From IMG/VR virus record IMGVR_UViG_3300032313_001035: a stretch of DNA of 64,000 nt; one strand, written 5' to 3'. The DNA comes from a virus. Position 1 is the stretch's first letter. Each line of letters opens with the position of its first letter. Shown here in pieces: positions 50,583 through 60,160 of this stretch. A model generated the notes under the pieces. That model did no database searches. It was not told the DNA's origin and worked only from the letters and a program-made list of their open reading frames with translations. Position numbers and translations under genes: made by a program.

Positions 50583-52910
50583 ATGCAAAGAACAATCAAC
50601 AGCCCCGGTGTAGAAATTTTCGAGGATCGTAATTTCACTGTGCCAGTAAATGTCGGCACTAATGTGTTTATAACAGGTTTCACCCCACAAGGACCAACTG
50701 ATGAAGTGCTTAAAATCACTACTAGAGATGAATTGGAAACCATTTACGGAACACCTACCAACAGTGCGGAACGGTATTTCTATCATTCTGTAAGAGAACT
50801 TCTGAATTCTCCTGCCAATATCTATACTTTCCGTTTGCCCTATGGTACTGAGTTGGGTGAAGGATTTAACCATGTCCACACTGCACTGATTTACCCTGTG
50901 GTTGCCGCTGAACCACTTTCTGCTGATATTACTACAAATTTGAATTTATCAGCTGGAACTTATTTCTTAGGTAAGCCCATTCAAATTGAACTTACCCCCA
51001 CCGAATATATCCAAGCATCTGAAGGTTCACTGTTCAATTGGTCATCTACTGCATCTCTACTCAGTTCATTCACAACCACTAAAGCAGGGGTATTGTCTGC
51101 CATGGGTGGAGCGGGTCTGATCATTTTGGATAAAGCTCAAACAACTATTAATAATCAGTTTGAAGGTTACTATATTGGTATTGCTGACAACATTAATAAA
51201 AATCCAGCATCGAATTTCGATGCTATTACTCGTGCATATACTACAAGTTTGACTGCTGATGTTATTAAAGATGAGTATACCCAAATTCCTAATGGGACTT
51301 TGCAATTTAACTTGTCTGCCACAAGCAGTGGTTCTTCTAATAGTATCTCCCAAATTATGGAAAATCTTACCGATTACAACATTGATGGTCGGGAAGATGA
51401 CGATGTTCTCAACATTGGAGTGTTCAAACTTCGTAAAAGCGTATACGCCACCGAAGCATTTAAATTGGATTTTACCTTGGATACTGGTATCGTTGGCTCG
51501 ATTGACACGTTCAGAAAACAACTAAACCCATTTGGTGGTCCTGCTGTTCCTTTCTTCTTGGAAGCCCGTGATTCGATTTCTAGAAATGTTGAAGTGTTGG
51601 TCAATCCATACATTTCCAATAAATATGGTAATTCTTCGCAAGATTCTAGCGGTATGCCACTGAAAAAGATTCGTGTTGTTACTGATAGCTTGTTGTCTAC
51701 GACTTACAATACGATTTCTACCGCTTTAGGCACTACGCAAACAGTGCTTACAGCGCTTTCGACTGCGGTTGGTAAAGCAGATGCATTATTCCCTCTTGGA
51801 TCTTACAATCCTGTTGTAATCACACAAAAAATTATTGGTAATGTTCCTCGTAAACTCGACAGAGCTTTAGATTCTGTTAAAAATGATGAAGTGTATGACA
51901 TTGATGTAGTGGTCGAGGCTGGTATTGGAACTGTTTACAGTATAACAGAATCAAGTGGTTTGAGTTATTACGATGACACATTGTATAATACTACTCTTAG
52001 AAGTAAAATCGATCAATTCAGAACGTCAGGTGATCTGACTAATAACACTGATGCCACAACGATTCGTTCAAATTATAAAGCTATCTTCAGCAGATTCGAT
52101 GATTTCTGTAACGCTCCATCTAAATCGGGTGGTCGTGGTGACTGTATCTTCATTGCTGATCCGATTCGTCACTTGTTGGTAACTGGCAGAAATAATAAGA
52201 TTCTCAGTGACAAGAATAAGACTTTCCAGACTGATGTTTATTGGGCTATGCGCCACCAATTTGAATTGGAAAACACTTCTTACAGTGCAACCTATGGTAA
52301 CTGGGTGCAAGCATTTGATGAATTCACTGGCGAATTGGTTTGGATTCCGTTTTCGTCATATGAAGGTGCTATTATAGCTAGAAACGATGCTGCCGAATTC
52401 CCATGGTCGGCTCCTGCTGGGTTCAATCGTGGATTAGTAACAAACGCTCTTGATATTGCTATCAATCCTAACCAGAAACAAAGAGACGAACTTTACAAGG
52501 CAAACATCAACCCTGTTATGTTCTCTGCTTCGCAAGGTATCGTGGTGTTCGGTCAAAAAACCCTTAATCGTAAACCAAGCGCATTCGACAGAATTAACGT
52601 TCGTAGATTGTTCTTGGCTCTTGAAAGACCCACCAAGAAAGCTGCTCAATTCTTTGTGTTTGAACCTAATAATGAATTCACTCGCACTCGTTTGGTCAAT
52701 ACTCTCCAACCAATTTTCGAAAGAGCTAAACAAAATGGTGGTTGCGTTGATTACCTTATTATTTGTGATGATAGAAACAACACTCCGACTATCATTGATA
52801 ACAATGAACTGAAAGTTGATATCCTTATCAAACCAACCAGAACTGCTGAATTCGTGCTGTGTTCATTCACTGCTACTAGAACTGATGCAGTATTTTCGGA
52901 ATTAATTTAA
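50583..52910 (+). CDS. 18: Tail sheath protein (T4 gp18-like)
   Basis: SPGVEI.E, G....GP, PW.APAGFNRG, RD.LY...INP, FGQKTL...SAFDRINVRRL, FEPN..FTR, I.P....EF. Confidence 0.96.
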   Translation: MQRTINSPGVEIFEDRNFTVPVNVGTNVFITGFTPQGPTDEVLKITTRDELETIYGTPTNSAERYFYHSVRELLNSPANIYTFRLPYGTELGEGFNHVHTALIYPVVAAEPLSADITTNLNLSAGTYFLGKPIQIELTPTEYIQASEGSLFNWSSTASLLSSFTTTKAGVLSAMGGAGLIILDKAQTTINNQFEGYYIGIADNINKNPASNFDAITRAYTTSLTADVIKDEYTQIPNGTLQFNLSATSSGSSNSISQIMENLTDYNIDGREDDDVLNIGVFKLRKSVYATEAFKLDFTLDTGIVGSIDTFRKQLNPFGGPAVPFFLEARDSISRNVEVLVNPYISNKYGNSSQDSSGMPLKKIRVVTDSLLSTTYNTISTALGTTQTVLTALSTAVGKADALFPLGSYNPVVITQKIIGNVPRKLDRALDSVKNDEVYDIDVVVEAGIGTVYSITESSGLSYYDDTLYNTTLRSKIDQFRTSGDLTNNTDATTIRSNYKAIFSRFDDFCNAPSKSGGRGDCIFIADPIRHLLVTGRNNKILSDKNKTFQTDVYWAMRHQFELENTSYSATYGNWVQAFDEFTGELVWIPFSSYEGAIIARNDAAEFPWSAPAGFNRGLVTNALDIAINPNQKQRDELYKANINPVMFSASQGIVVFGQKTLNRKPSAFDRINVRRLFLALERPTKKAAQFFVFEPNNEFTRTRLVNTLQPIFERAKQNGGCVDYLIICDDRNNTPTIIDNNELKVDILIKPTRTAEFVLCSFTATRTDAVFSELI

Positions 52911-52936
52911 TTATAGTCTAATAACTAAATAATAAT

Positions 52937-53530
52937 ATGCCTACTACAATTGAAAACTTCATGAATGTTGCGTCTCAGAAACAGTTCTCTAGGGACTTTC
53001 TGTTTCGCGTTAAACAAGTCGATATCACTGGTTTAAGACTAGACGGTGATAATGAACTGATTTATGCTAGATCTGCATCATTTCCTGGTAGAGATATTGA
53101 AAATAAACAAGTTAATTACGCTGGTCAAACTTTTAATTTACCTGGAAAATCATCTTATCCCGGTTCAGAAAGCTGGCAGATTGAATTTTATGCTGACCAA
53201 AATATGGACATTAGAAGTCAATTAGAAAGAGCATCAAGAACTCTTTTCAATAACGAAGGTCCAGCTGGTGGTAATATATGTATGCCCGGAAATGAATCAA
53301 CTATTACTTTGGAAGTATATAAAATTCCTTGTAATAGTGTCCTCGGAAATCCTATGCAATTGGGAACTATCATTCAATTAGTTGGTGCTTCACTGAGAAA
53401 TATCGGTGAGATCGGCTATGAAATTGCCGATGGCACAGGTGAGGTTAAAACATTTCCAGCGACATTTGCATTCCATTTCTATCGTTACTTCACATCTAAC
53501 GAATTTAATGGTGTATTTAATTCGCTTTAA
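52937..53530 (+). CDS. 19: Tail tube protein (T4 gp19-like)
   Basis: R..LFRV, A.SA.FPG, V.Y.G......G, W...FY.D, F..TFAF; directly after sheath. Confidence 0.8.
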   Translation: MPTTIENFMNVASQKQFSRDFLFRVKQVDITGLRLDGDNELIYARSASFPGRDIENKQVNYAGQTFNLPGKSSYPGSESWQIEFYADQNMDIRSQLERASRTLFNNEGPAGGNICMPGNESTITLEVYKIPCNSVLGNPMQLGTIIQLVGASLRNIGEIGYEIADGTGEVKTFPATFAFHFYRYFTSNEFNGVFNSL

Positions 53531-53545
53531 TAATTAACTTTTATT

Positions 53546-54160
53546 ATGTCGAGTCCTCGACCAAATGATTTCCTCGTCGCATTTTCTGGCGAGAATAAAT
53601 ATTGTTTATCTTTACCTATTCTATGGACAGTAACTATAGATGGTGTTATTGAAAACAGTATTAATGATATATTACAATCTGCGGGTGAAAAATGGCGAGC
53701 GGGTATTACTCCAAATGCCATGACTAAAAACGGTAATGTTTTACCAGCGCAATCTGTTACCACACCAGATGAATCTTCAAATTTTTCCGTTGGTAGTATA
53801 GGAGATGGTTCTTATGGTAACTTCTTACCTGGATATGCTCTGAATAGTAGAAATGACTTCTTATCAAGATCCTTTTCTATTAATTTTTTGGAAACTAAAA
53901 AAGATTTAGAGCACGAATTTTTCAGACCATGGTTAATCGCATTGAGCATCAAAGGTTTAATCGAACGTGGTCCATCATTAAAGTGTGATATAACAGTTAA
54001 ACAATATTCAAATAATGGCGAATTGCGTCGAGGTTATACTTTTAAAAAATGCTTACCCACAGGTATGGAGGGTTCTATTTTGGATTATAATAATACGGAT
54101 TTTCCCATAAAAAGTGTTACATTTAATTGCCAAAATTACGAACAAATAAAAGGTAATTGA
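53546..54160 (+). CDS. Second tube-fold protein (gp54/gp48-like tube initiator)
   Basis: I.FLET......FF.PW, DI.V.QY, Y.F..C.P, VTF....Y. Confidence 0.65.
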   Translation: MSSPRPNDFLVAFSGENKYCLSLPILWTVTIDGVIENSINDILQSAGEKWRAGITPNAMTKNGNVLPAQSVTTPDESSNFSVGSIGDGSYGNFLPGYALNSRNDFLSRSFSINFLETKKDLEHEFFRPWLIALSIKGLIERGPSLKCDITVKQYSNNGELRRGYTFKKCLPTGMEGSILDYNNTDFPIKSVTFNCQNYEQIKGN

Positions 54161-54163
54161 TAA

Positions 54164-54868
54164 ATGAAAATAACTTTTGAAGATTTGAAAAAATGTGTCG
54201 AAGAAGATGAACATTTTCTGATTGAATATTTTAATAGTTTTGAGGGTGATAACACCTATCAGAAATTTTCAAATATTATCAAAGCATGGGAAAAATGCGT
54301 TTCTTACACAATTAGCTTCAATGTTGATGGCAAAAATGTTAAAATTTCTCTATCATATATACTAGAACAATTGAAGAATTATTTCGATGAACAATTGAAA
54401 TTTGAATTTTCTGGTATTAAAGTTGTTTTGGATACCCCACTTTTTTTTAAAAAAGATATTAATATTTTATCTATTTCTGAATTTATACACAAATTAGAAT
54501 ACCTGAATCATAAAATACTTTTTGCTGAATTGGATGAAAATGAAAAAAATGAAATACTGCAAAATTTACCTGCCGAATTTTATAACAAACTTAGTGGTCA
54601 TATCATAGACTCAAAAATAAAAAGGGTGAGAATAAATCATCCATCGATACCTGATATGCATATAGATTTCTGGTCTTCTTACCCGTATGAAATGTTGAAG
54701 GATTTATTTCTTTCGTATAACATTGATTATTTTAGAGATATAATATATATTTTATCCAAAAAAATAGATGGTAATATATTATTGAATTCGACAATCATGG
54801 ATATCGATTATTATCTTGATAAAATTAAAAATGATAATATATCAGATTCTGATATGAATTTAGCTTGA
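54164..54868 (+). CDS. Putative baseplate hub assembly protein
   Basis: Position after tube genes; LP..F..K motif shared with the next gene. Confidence 0.45.
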   Translation: MKITFEDLKKCVEEDEHFLIEYFNSFEGDNTYQKFSNIIKAWEKCVSYTISFNVDGKNVKISLSYILEQLKNYFDEQLKFEFSGIKVVLDTPLFFKKDINILSISEFIHKLEYLNHKILFAELDENEKNEILQNLPAEFYNKLSGHIIDSKIKRVRINHPSIPDMHIDFWSSYPYEMLKDLFLSYNIDYFRDIIYILSKKIDGNILLNSTIMDIDYYLDKIKNDNISDSDMNLA

Positions 54869-54896
54869 CAATTCATTTTTCATGATAAATACGTTC

Positions 54897-55628
54897 ATGG
54901 AAAATGATATTAAAAAGTTCTTAGAATCGATACAAGAATTAAAATCCCAATCTTTTAAAGTAGATAAAAAGGGTAGTAGGGAATCTTTTGAATGTAAAAA
55001 GATTTCTTTTAAACAGCAAAAGGGTCTTATTTCGACAGTAACAGAAGGAACTTCAGGTGTTTTGAGATTTCAAAAACTTCTGAATGACATTATCGTAGAA
55101 AACACTGGTATTAATGATTGGTTGACCACCGAAAAAGTTCCTTTGTTGATTCAGATGCGAATTGAAAGTCTTGGAAAAATTTTAAAATTAGATGGTAAAG
55201 AAATCGACTTAACGGCTTTAAAATTTGAAAAAAAATCAGACATCGAGACTACTAAAACTATTAAAAATGTAGTAGATGTTGAATTGAGAGTGCCTACTCT
55301 AGTAGAAGAAAATAAAATATTGAACTATGCAGTGGAAATTTTGAAAAACAACAAAGATAGTGATATTGGTAAAGATATAACTAATATTTTCACTTTTGAA
55401 ATTGTTAAGTATATCGATAGTATTACGTTTAATGAACAAACCATAAAATTTGATACTCTGCCTGTTAAAGATCGAGTAACAGTGGTTGAAAATCTTCCAA
55501 TCAGTCTCAATAAAGAAATTGTTAAGTATATCGAAACATTGAAAGATATTGAACGCGAACAATTAAAACTGAATGTTGATGATGAAACATTAAATATCGA
55601 CATCGATGTAACATTTTTTGATAATTAA
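54897..55628 (+). CDS. Baseplate hub subunit (T4 gp26-like)
   Basis: LLIQMR.ESLG, L..PTL, VENLP, C-terminal TFF; TAAATA 5 nt upstream of 54897. Confidence 0.65.
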   Translation: MENDIKKFLESIQELKSQSFKVDKKGSRESFECKKISFKQQKGLISTVTEGTSGVLRFQKLLNDIIVENTGINDWLTTEKVPLLIQMRIESLGKILKLDGKEIDLTALKFEKKSDIETTKTIKNVVDVELRVPTLVEENKILNYAVEILKNNKDSDIGKDITNIFTFEIVKYIDSITFNEQTIKFDTLPVKDRVTVVENLPISLNKEIVKYIETLKDIEREQLKLNVDDETLNIDIDVTFFDN

Positions 55629-55629
55629 T

Positions 55630-55851
55630 ATGAAAAAAAATACAATACTTAAAAAACTGGATAATTACGAAGAGCGTATGGTCAAAATTATTGACGAAAT
55701 ACAAGACTTTTTGGATTCGATTGAGGACTCTGATGTATCTATCATGGCAGAAGATTTTTGCCAAGGTTTACTTGACTATGTGCAAGAGAATGATATATGT
55801 AATCTAAATGACATCAGAGAATTCATCGAAAACGATTATGAGACCGAGTAA
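55630..55851 (+). CDS. Small acidic hypothetical protein
   Basis: MKKNTILKK... ORF between hub and sugar genes. Confidence 0.55.
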   Translation: MKKNTILKKLDNYEERMVKIIDEIQDFLDSIEDSDVSIMAEDFCQGLLDYVQENDICNLNDIREFIENDYETE

Positions 55852-56719
55852 TAATATTTTAATTTTGGGTAATGGGTATGTTGGTGGGTATTTATACCAA
55901 CATCTTTTGAACAACAATTATAAAATCGATATAAAATCGAGAAAAGAATTGGATTACCATGATTCTGTAACGTTGCGCAAATACATATTGAATAATGATA
56001 TTAATTGTATTATTAATTGCTCTGGATTCACTGGTAGACCAAATGTTGATCAGGCAGAATTAGAGAAACAGGAATGTTGGAAGCTAAATGTTGAGATACC
56101 TTTGAAAACTAACCAATTGTGTGATATCTTAGATATCAATTATTTGCACATTTCGACGGGCTGTTTATATGATGGCTATGATAAAGACTGGTCTGAAGAA
56201 GACACTCCCAATTTTGGTTTATTTCAAAATTATAGCTCGTTTTATTCTAAATCCAAACATGCGTTCGAGAACTTATCGAAAAATCTCAGAGGAATGATTT
56301 TGAGAATACGAATGCCTTTCGGTTTAGATATCTCGCATCGAAACTATCTCACCAAAATTAAATCCTACCCACAACTTTTAAATTTGGTCAATTCTAAGAC
56401 ATATATACCAGATTTATGCAAATTTGTGGAGAAATTACTGGGGGATGCATATACACCATGGATTGGTAGAGAGATATACAATTTGGTTAATCCACATCCA
56501 TTAAAGACTGAATCAGTGTGCGCTATTCTGGAAGAATACGGTATGCACAATTCGAATTGGAGTTACGTCGATAGATCGGCGTTGAAAGCATACGCAAACC
56601 GTTCTAATTGCGTGTTGGATTCTACAAAGTCGAGAGATATACACGAGTTTCAACCCGAAGAACTCGCGATTAGAGAACATTGTCAATATATAATTAATTC
56701 TTCTAAAAAAAATGATTAA
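55838..56719 (+). CDS. NDP-4-keto-6-deoxyglucose 3,5-epimerase/4-reductase (NRS/ER, RmlD-like)
   Basis: GNGYVG Rossmann motif, GFTGRPNVD..E, STGCLY, SFYSKSK (YxxxK), LRIRMP. Confidence 0.85.
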   Translation: MRPSNNILILGNGYVGGYLYQHLLNNNYKIDIKSRKELDYHDSVTLRKYILNNDINCIINCSGFTGRPNVDQAELEKQECWKLNVEIPLKTNQLCDILDINYLHISTGCLYDGYDKDWSEEDTPNFGLFQNYSSFYSKSKHAFENLSKNLRGMILRIRMPFGLDISHRNYLTKIKSYPQLLNLVNSKTYIPDLCKFVEKLLGDAYTPWIGREIYNLVNPHPLKTESVCAILEEYGMHNSNWSYVDRSALKAYANRSNCVLDSTKSRDIHEFQPEELAIREHCQYIINSSKKND

Positions 56720-57455
56720 GAAAGCAATATGTTTAGCTGGAGGTAAGGGAACTCGCCTCCATCCGTTGACGAAAACAACTAGTAAGCAATTACTACCTTT
56801 ATATAATAAACCTGTAATTGCGTTTCCTCTACAAACTCTTAAAAGTATGGGTTACGATGATATTCTTATCATCACTGCTGACGAGGCACAAATGTTATCA
56901 TTTAAAGGACTTTTAGGTGATGGTAGTAAGTTTGGATTAAAATTATCTTATGTGATTCAAGGTGAGCCGAGAGGTTTAGCTGATGCTTTTATTGTTGGTG
57001 AAGACCACATCAAAAATGCTGATGAAATTTGTATGATTTTGGGCGATAATATTATTATCGATAGCAATCCAATAAATGCTACTCCAAATACTATCTTCAC
57101 ATACAAAGTTAAAAATCCAGAGGCATACGGCGTTGTCACAATTGACGACAATGGGGGTATAGATGAAATTATAGAGAAGCCCCAAGAATATGTGTCTGAT
57201 GACGCTGTTATCGGTTTGTATATTTTTAAAAATAATGTGGTGGATCTCGCTAAACAATTGAAACCATCCAAAAGGGGAGAAATAGAAATCGTAGATTTGA
57301 TTAAATTGATCAATCAAGAAGAACGAGTTAAAATACAGAGATTAGATGGTTTCTGGTTCGATGTTGGCGATTTCGATTCTCTTTTAGATTGTGCAAATCT
57401 CGTAAGGACTATTGACAAACGATCAAACCATGATATTGGTTTGGTAGGCATATGA
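56712..57455 (+). CDS. rmlA: Glucose-1-phosphate thymidylyltransferase
   Basis: LAGGKGTRLHPLT...SKQLLP.YNKP, Q.EPRGLADAF, LGDN, YGVV, EKP, KPSKRGE.EI, WFD.G. Confidence 0.93.
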   Translation: MIKKAICLAGGKGTRLHPLTKTTSKQLLPLYNKPVIAFPLQTLKSMGYDDILIITADEAQMLSFKGLLGDGSKFGLKLSYVIQGEPRGLADAFIVGEDHIKNADEICMILGDNIIIDSNPINATPNTIFTYKVKNPEAYGVVTIDDNGGIDEIIEKPQEYVSDDAVIGLYIFKNNVVDLAKQLKPSKRGEIEIVDLIKLINQEERVKIQRLDGFWFDVGDFDSLLDCANLVRTIDKRSNHDIGLVGI

Positions 57456-58393
57456 GTAAAGACACTGAGACTAATAATTTGTGGGTTGAGAAATATCGAC
57501 CAAAAGCATTGAAAGATTTGATGGTGGATAAATGGGTTTCCGATACCATTGAAAATTTTGGTTTGGATATGCCCAATTTATTGCTGACTGGTTCTGCTGG
57601 ATTGGGTAAGACATCCTTGGCTAAAATCATCGTAAATAATATTTTAAAGTGTGATCATTTGTATATCAACGCTTCAGATGAGAATGGTGTAGATACTATT
57701 CGTGAAAAAGTTATTGGATTCACACAAACCATGAGTTTCGACGGTAAACTCAAAGTGGTGATATTGGATGAAGCCGATTATTTGGGTAAAGCAGCACAAG
57801 CTATTTTGCGGAATGTTATGGAAACTTATTCCGCTAGCACCAGATTTATATTGACTGGTAATTACAAACATAAAATTATACCTGCTTTACAATCAAGGTG
57901 TCAAAATATCATCCTACGAACGAGTTTGAAGGATGTTGTTCGTCGTTGTGTTGAAATATTGAAAAAGGAAAATATCCTGTTGCCAAAAGAACAACAGAAA
58001 AATTTCTTAAAATTGGTGGAATCCTATTTCCCAGATATCAGAAAATGTATCAACGAATTACAGAAATATTCTTCATCTGGTTCATTTCAGATGAAATCTG
58101 ATGGTAGTAATAAAGAATTGATGGAGTTGATGCATCACAATCTCAATACAGGCAAAACATTGACTCTTCGAAAATATTTGATCGAGAATGACGAATTATT
58201 TGATTCTGATCATGAATCTTTATTACGAGACTTTTTAAACCATCTATATGATTTAGAGATAGATGACATCATAAAAAAACAAGCTATCATAATTATTGCT
58301 GATAGCTTGTTTGAGATGATATCGGTCACAGACCGTGAGATATGTTGTATAGCTTGTCTATTAAAATTAGAAGATATTTTTCAATCTAATTAA
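57452..58393 (+). CDS. 44: Clamp loader AAA+ subunit (T4 gp44/RFC-like)
   Basis: LWVEKYRP, GSAGLGKTS, INASDE.G.D.IR, ILDEAD, LQSRC, FPD.R..IN.LQ. Confidence 0.93.
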   Translation: MSKDTETNNLWVEKYRPKALKDLMVDKWVSDTIENFGLDMPNLLLTGSAGLGKTSLAKIIVNNILKCDHLYINASDENGVDTIREKVIGFTQTMSFDGKLKVVILDEADYLGKAAQAILRNVMETYSASTRFILTGNYKHKIIPALQSRCQNIILRTSLKDVVRRCVEILKKENILLPKEQQKNFLKLVESYFPDIRKCINELQKYSSSGSFQMKSDGSNKELMELMHHNLNTGKTLTLRKYLIENDELFDSDHESLLRDFLNHLYDLEIDDIIKKQAIIIIADSLFEMISVTDREICCIACLLKLEDIFQSN

Positions 58394-58404
58394 CAAAAGA
58401 CTGA

Positions 58405-59076
58405 TTATTTTCTTTTGGTGGTAGTTTTAGAAGCAGTTTTAGGAGCAGATTTTGCTACTTTTTTAGCCGCTTTTTTAGCTGGTGTTTTCGGTGTGGATCT
58501 TGCAGCAGGAGTAGAGGTAGGTGCTGGTTTTGGAGCAGGACTAGGTGCTGGAGATGGAGTTGGAGCAGGACTAGGTGCTGGAGATGGAGTTGGAGCAGGA
58601 CTAGGCGCTGGAGCAGGTGCTGGCGTAGGTGCAGGTGCGGGTGCTCCAGCTGCAACATATTTTAAATTGGTGAGTGCTCTGTTGACTTGAGTGCTCAACA
58701 TTTCAAACGCTTTATTGATAAGCAATTTTTGATTGTCTGGAATATTAATATTTAATTTGGTTAAATCCGACATAACATCACTTTTAAAATCTTCAATTTT
58801 ATTATTAACGCTGTTGAGATAAGAATCAATTTTAGCATTATCTCTTCTACCAAAGCCTGATTTGATATATTCTTTTGATTTATTATAAGATTCTCCGCTA
58901 TCATCAAAACCGCTCTTCATACCGTAACCAATTCCTTTTGCGAGTTCTTTAGTTCCTTTTATCGCGCCTATGGCTTGCGCTCCTCTTGCTTTAACTCTAT
59001 CGAACCAACTTTCGGTTAAAAGTTCATCCACCAAATTTGACAAGTTTTTTTGATCGTCGCTTGAATATTTTCTCAT
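58405..59076 (-). CDS. Late protein with Pro/Ala linker and histone H1-like basic tail
   Basis: (PAPS/T)n, then TPKTPAKKAAKKVAKSAPK...KRK; TAAATA 5 nt upstream. Confidence 0.65.
   Translation of the reverse strand: MRKYSSDDQKNLSNLVDELLTESWFDRVKARGAQAIGAIKGTKELAKGIGYGMKSGFDDSGESYNKSKEYIKSGFGRRDNAKIDSYLNSVNNKIEDFKSDVMSDLTKLNINIPDNQKLLINKAFEMLSTQVNRALTNLKYVAAGAPAPAPTPAPAPAPSPAPTPSPAPSPAPTPSPAPSPAPKPAPTSTPAARSTPKTPAKKAAKKVAKSAPKTASKTTTKRK
58520..58648 (-). repeat. Coding Pro/Ala repeat with exact 30-nt duplications
   Basis: TGGAGCAGGACTAGGTGCTGGAGATGGAGT at 58531 and 58561, partial at 58591. Confidence 0.8.
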
Positions 59077-59094
59077 GATATTATTTATTAAATT

Positions 59095-59340
59095 TTATTT
59101 ATTTTTCCAATTTACTCTCTTGGAACTTTTTTTCTTATACATTTTACCTTTTATTTTTTTACATTCTGCTTTTGTCGCACGACATGCTGGATATGAACCT
59201 TTTGAGGTATCATTTCTTCCACATGGGCCACCTGTCTTACAATTAATCCATCCTTTGAATTTTTTACCTTTTTTATCCACATGAGGGGCAAACCAATCAC
59301 GTAAATTTTCCAGTAATTGCCTTTGTGACAGTTGTTCCAT
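59095..59340 (-). CDS. Small basic Cys-rich protein
   Basis: LRDWF...W..CK.G.PCGR......YPACR; TAATG overlap with upstream gene. Confidence 0.65.
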   Translation of the reverse strand: MEQLSQRQLLENLRDWFAPHVDKKGKKFKGWINCKTGGPCGRNDTSKGSYPACRATKAECKKIKGKMYKKKSSKRVNWKNK

Positions 59341-60128
59341 TATTTTATTTTACCTTTGCGTTTGACACACTTTTGAACATATCCAGAAGCGTAAGCACTG
59401 GGCCAGACATCATATTTACTTTTTGCTTTTGATTGGCATTTTGAACGTAATGATTGCTCATCTTCTTCACCATCGTTATCTTCCTCTTCGTCGCCAAAGA
59501 TTTTTTTGCCTATTTTTTCTTCCCAATCTTCTAATTTGCCGTTTTTATTTCTATCGGCTTTTTTAAAATCAAATTTTTCCATCAATATTTCATCGTAAAT
59601 TGTAGCCAATTCACTGGTGCAGTCCCAAGACTTGGATTCTCCTGCTAATTTAAGATTTGTTGGAGTATTCTTACCATTACCTTTGTCTGTTACATTGGTG
59701 ATGATATTGGGGTCTCTTTTCAATTGTTTGGGTTTGATAATAACTTGATCTTTTCTTTTGAATTGGGATGGAACTGGAACACCGTTTGCATAGTCTGCCG
59801 AATCGATCATATCGGGACATACAGTGACTCTACCATAAGTTCTACCACCACCATGATCCGCAGCGATTGTCAATACGACATCAGATGCTGTTTTATACAC
59901 GTTTCCAGCGGATGCACCAGATAGTTTATCACCCACATTAATGACTTTGATATTAAGACCACAAGTGGCTAAGTCATCTACTTCTTTTTTCAAAGTTGTT
60001 GGCATGTTTCTGTAAGTGTCTGTGTTTTTGTATCCTGTTCTGAATACCACATATTCACCTGGCAAGTAGCCGCCAACTTCGCCTCTACTTACAACACTTT
60101 CATAAATTGCATCAAATTTCTGTCCCAT
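59340..60128 (-). CDS. Late protein with EF-hand-like loop and basic WPSAYASG C-terminal domain
   Basis: Start 60128 from TAAATA spacing (MGQKFDAIYES); DRNKNGKLEDWE; C..KAK.KY.VWPSAYASG.V.KC. Confidence 0.65.
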   Translation of the reverse strand: MGQKFDAIYESVVSRGEVGGYLPGEYVVFRTGYKNTDTYRNMPTTLKKEVDDLATCGLNIKVINVGDKLSGASAGNVYKTASDVVLTIAADHGGGRTYGRVTVCPDMIDSADYANGVPVPSQFKRKDQVIIKPKQLKRDPNIITNVTDKGNGKNTPTNLKLAGESKSWDCTSELATIYDEILMEKFDFKKADRNKNGKLEDWEEKIGKKIFGDEEEDNDGEEDEQSLRSKCQSKAKSKYDVWPSAYASGYVQKCVKRKGKIK

Positions 60129-60160
60129 GATATTATTTATCAAAATAGCTAAATAATAAT

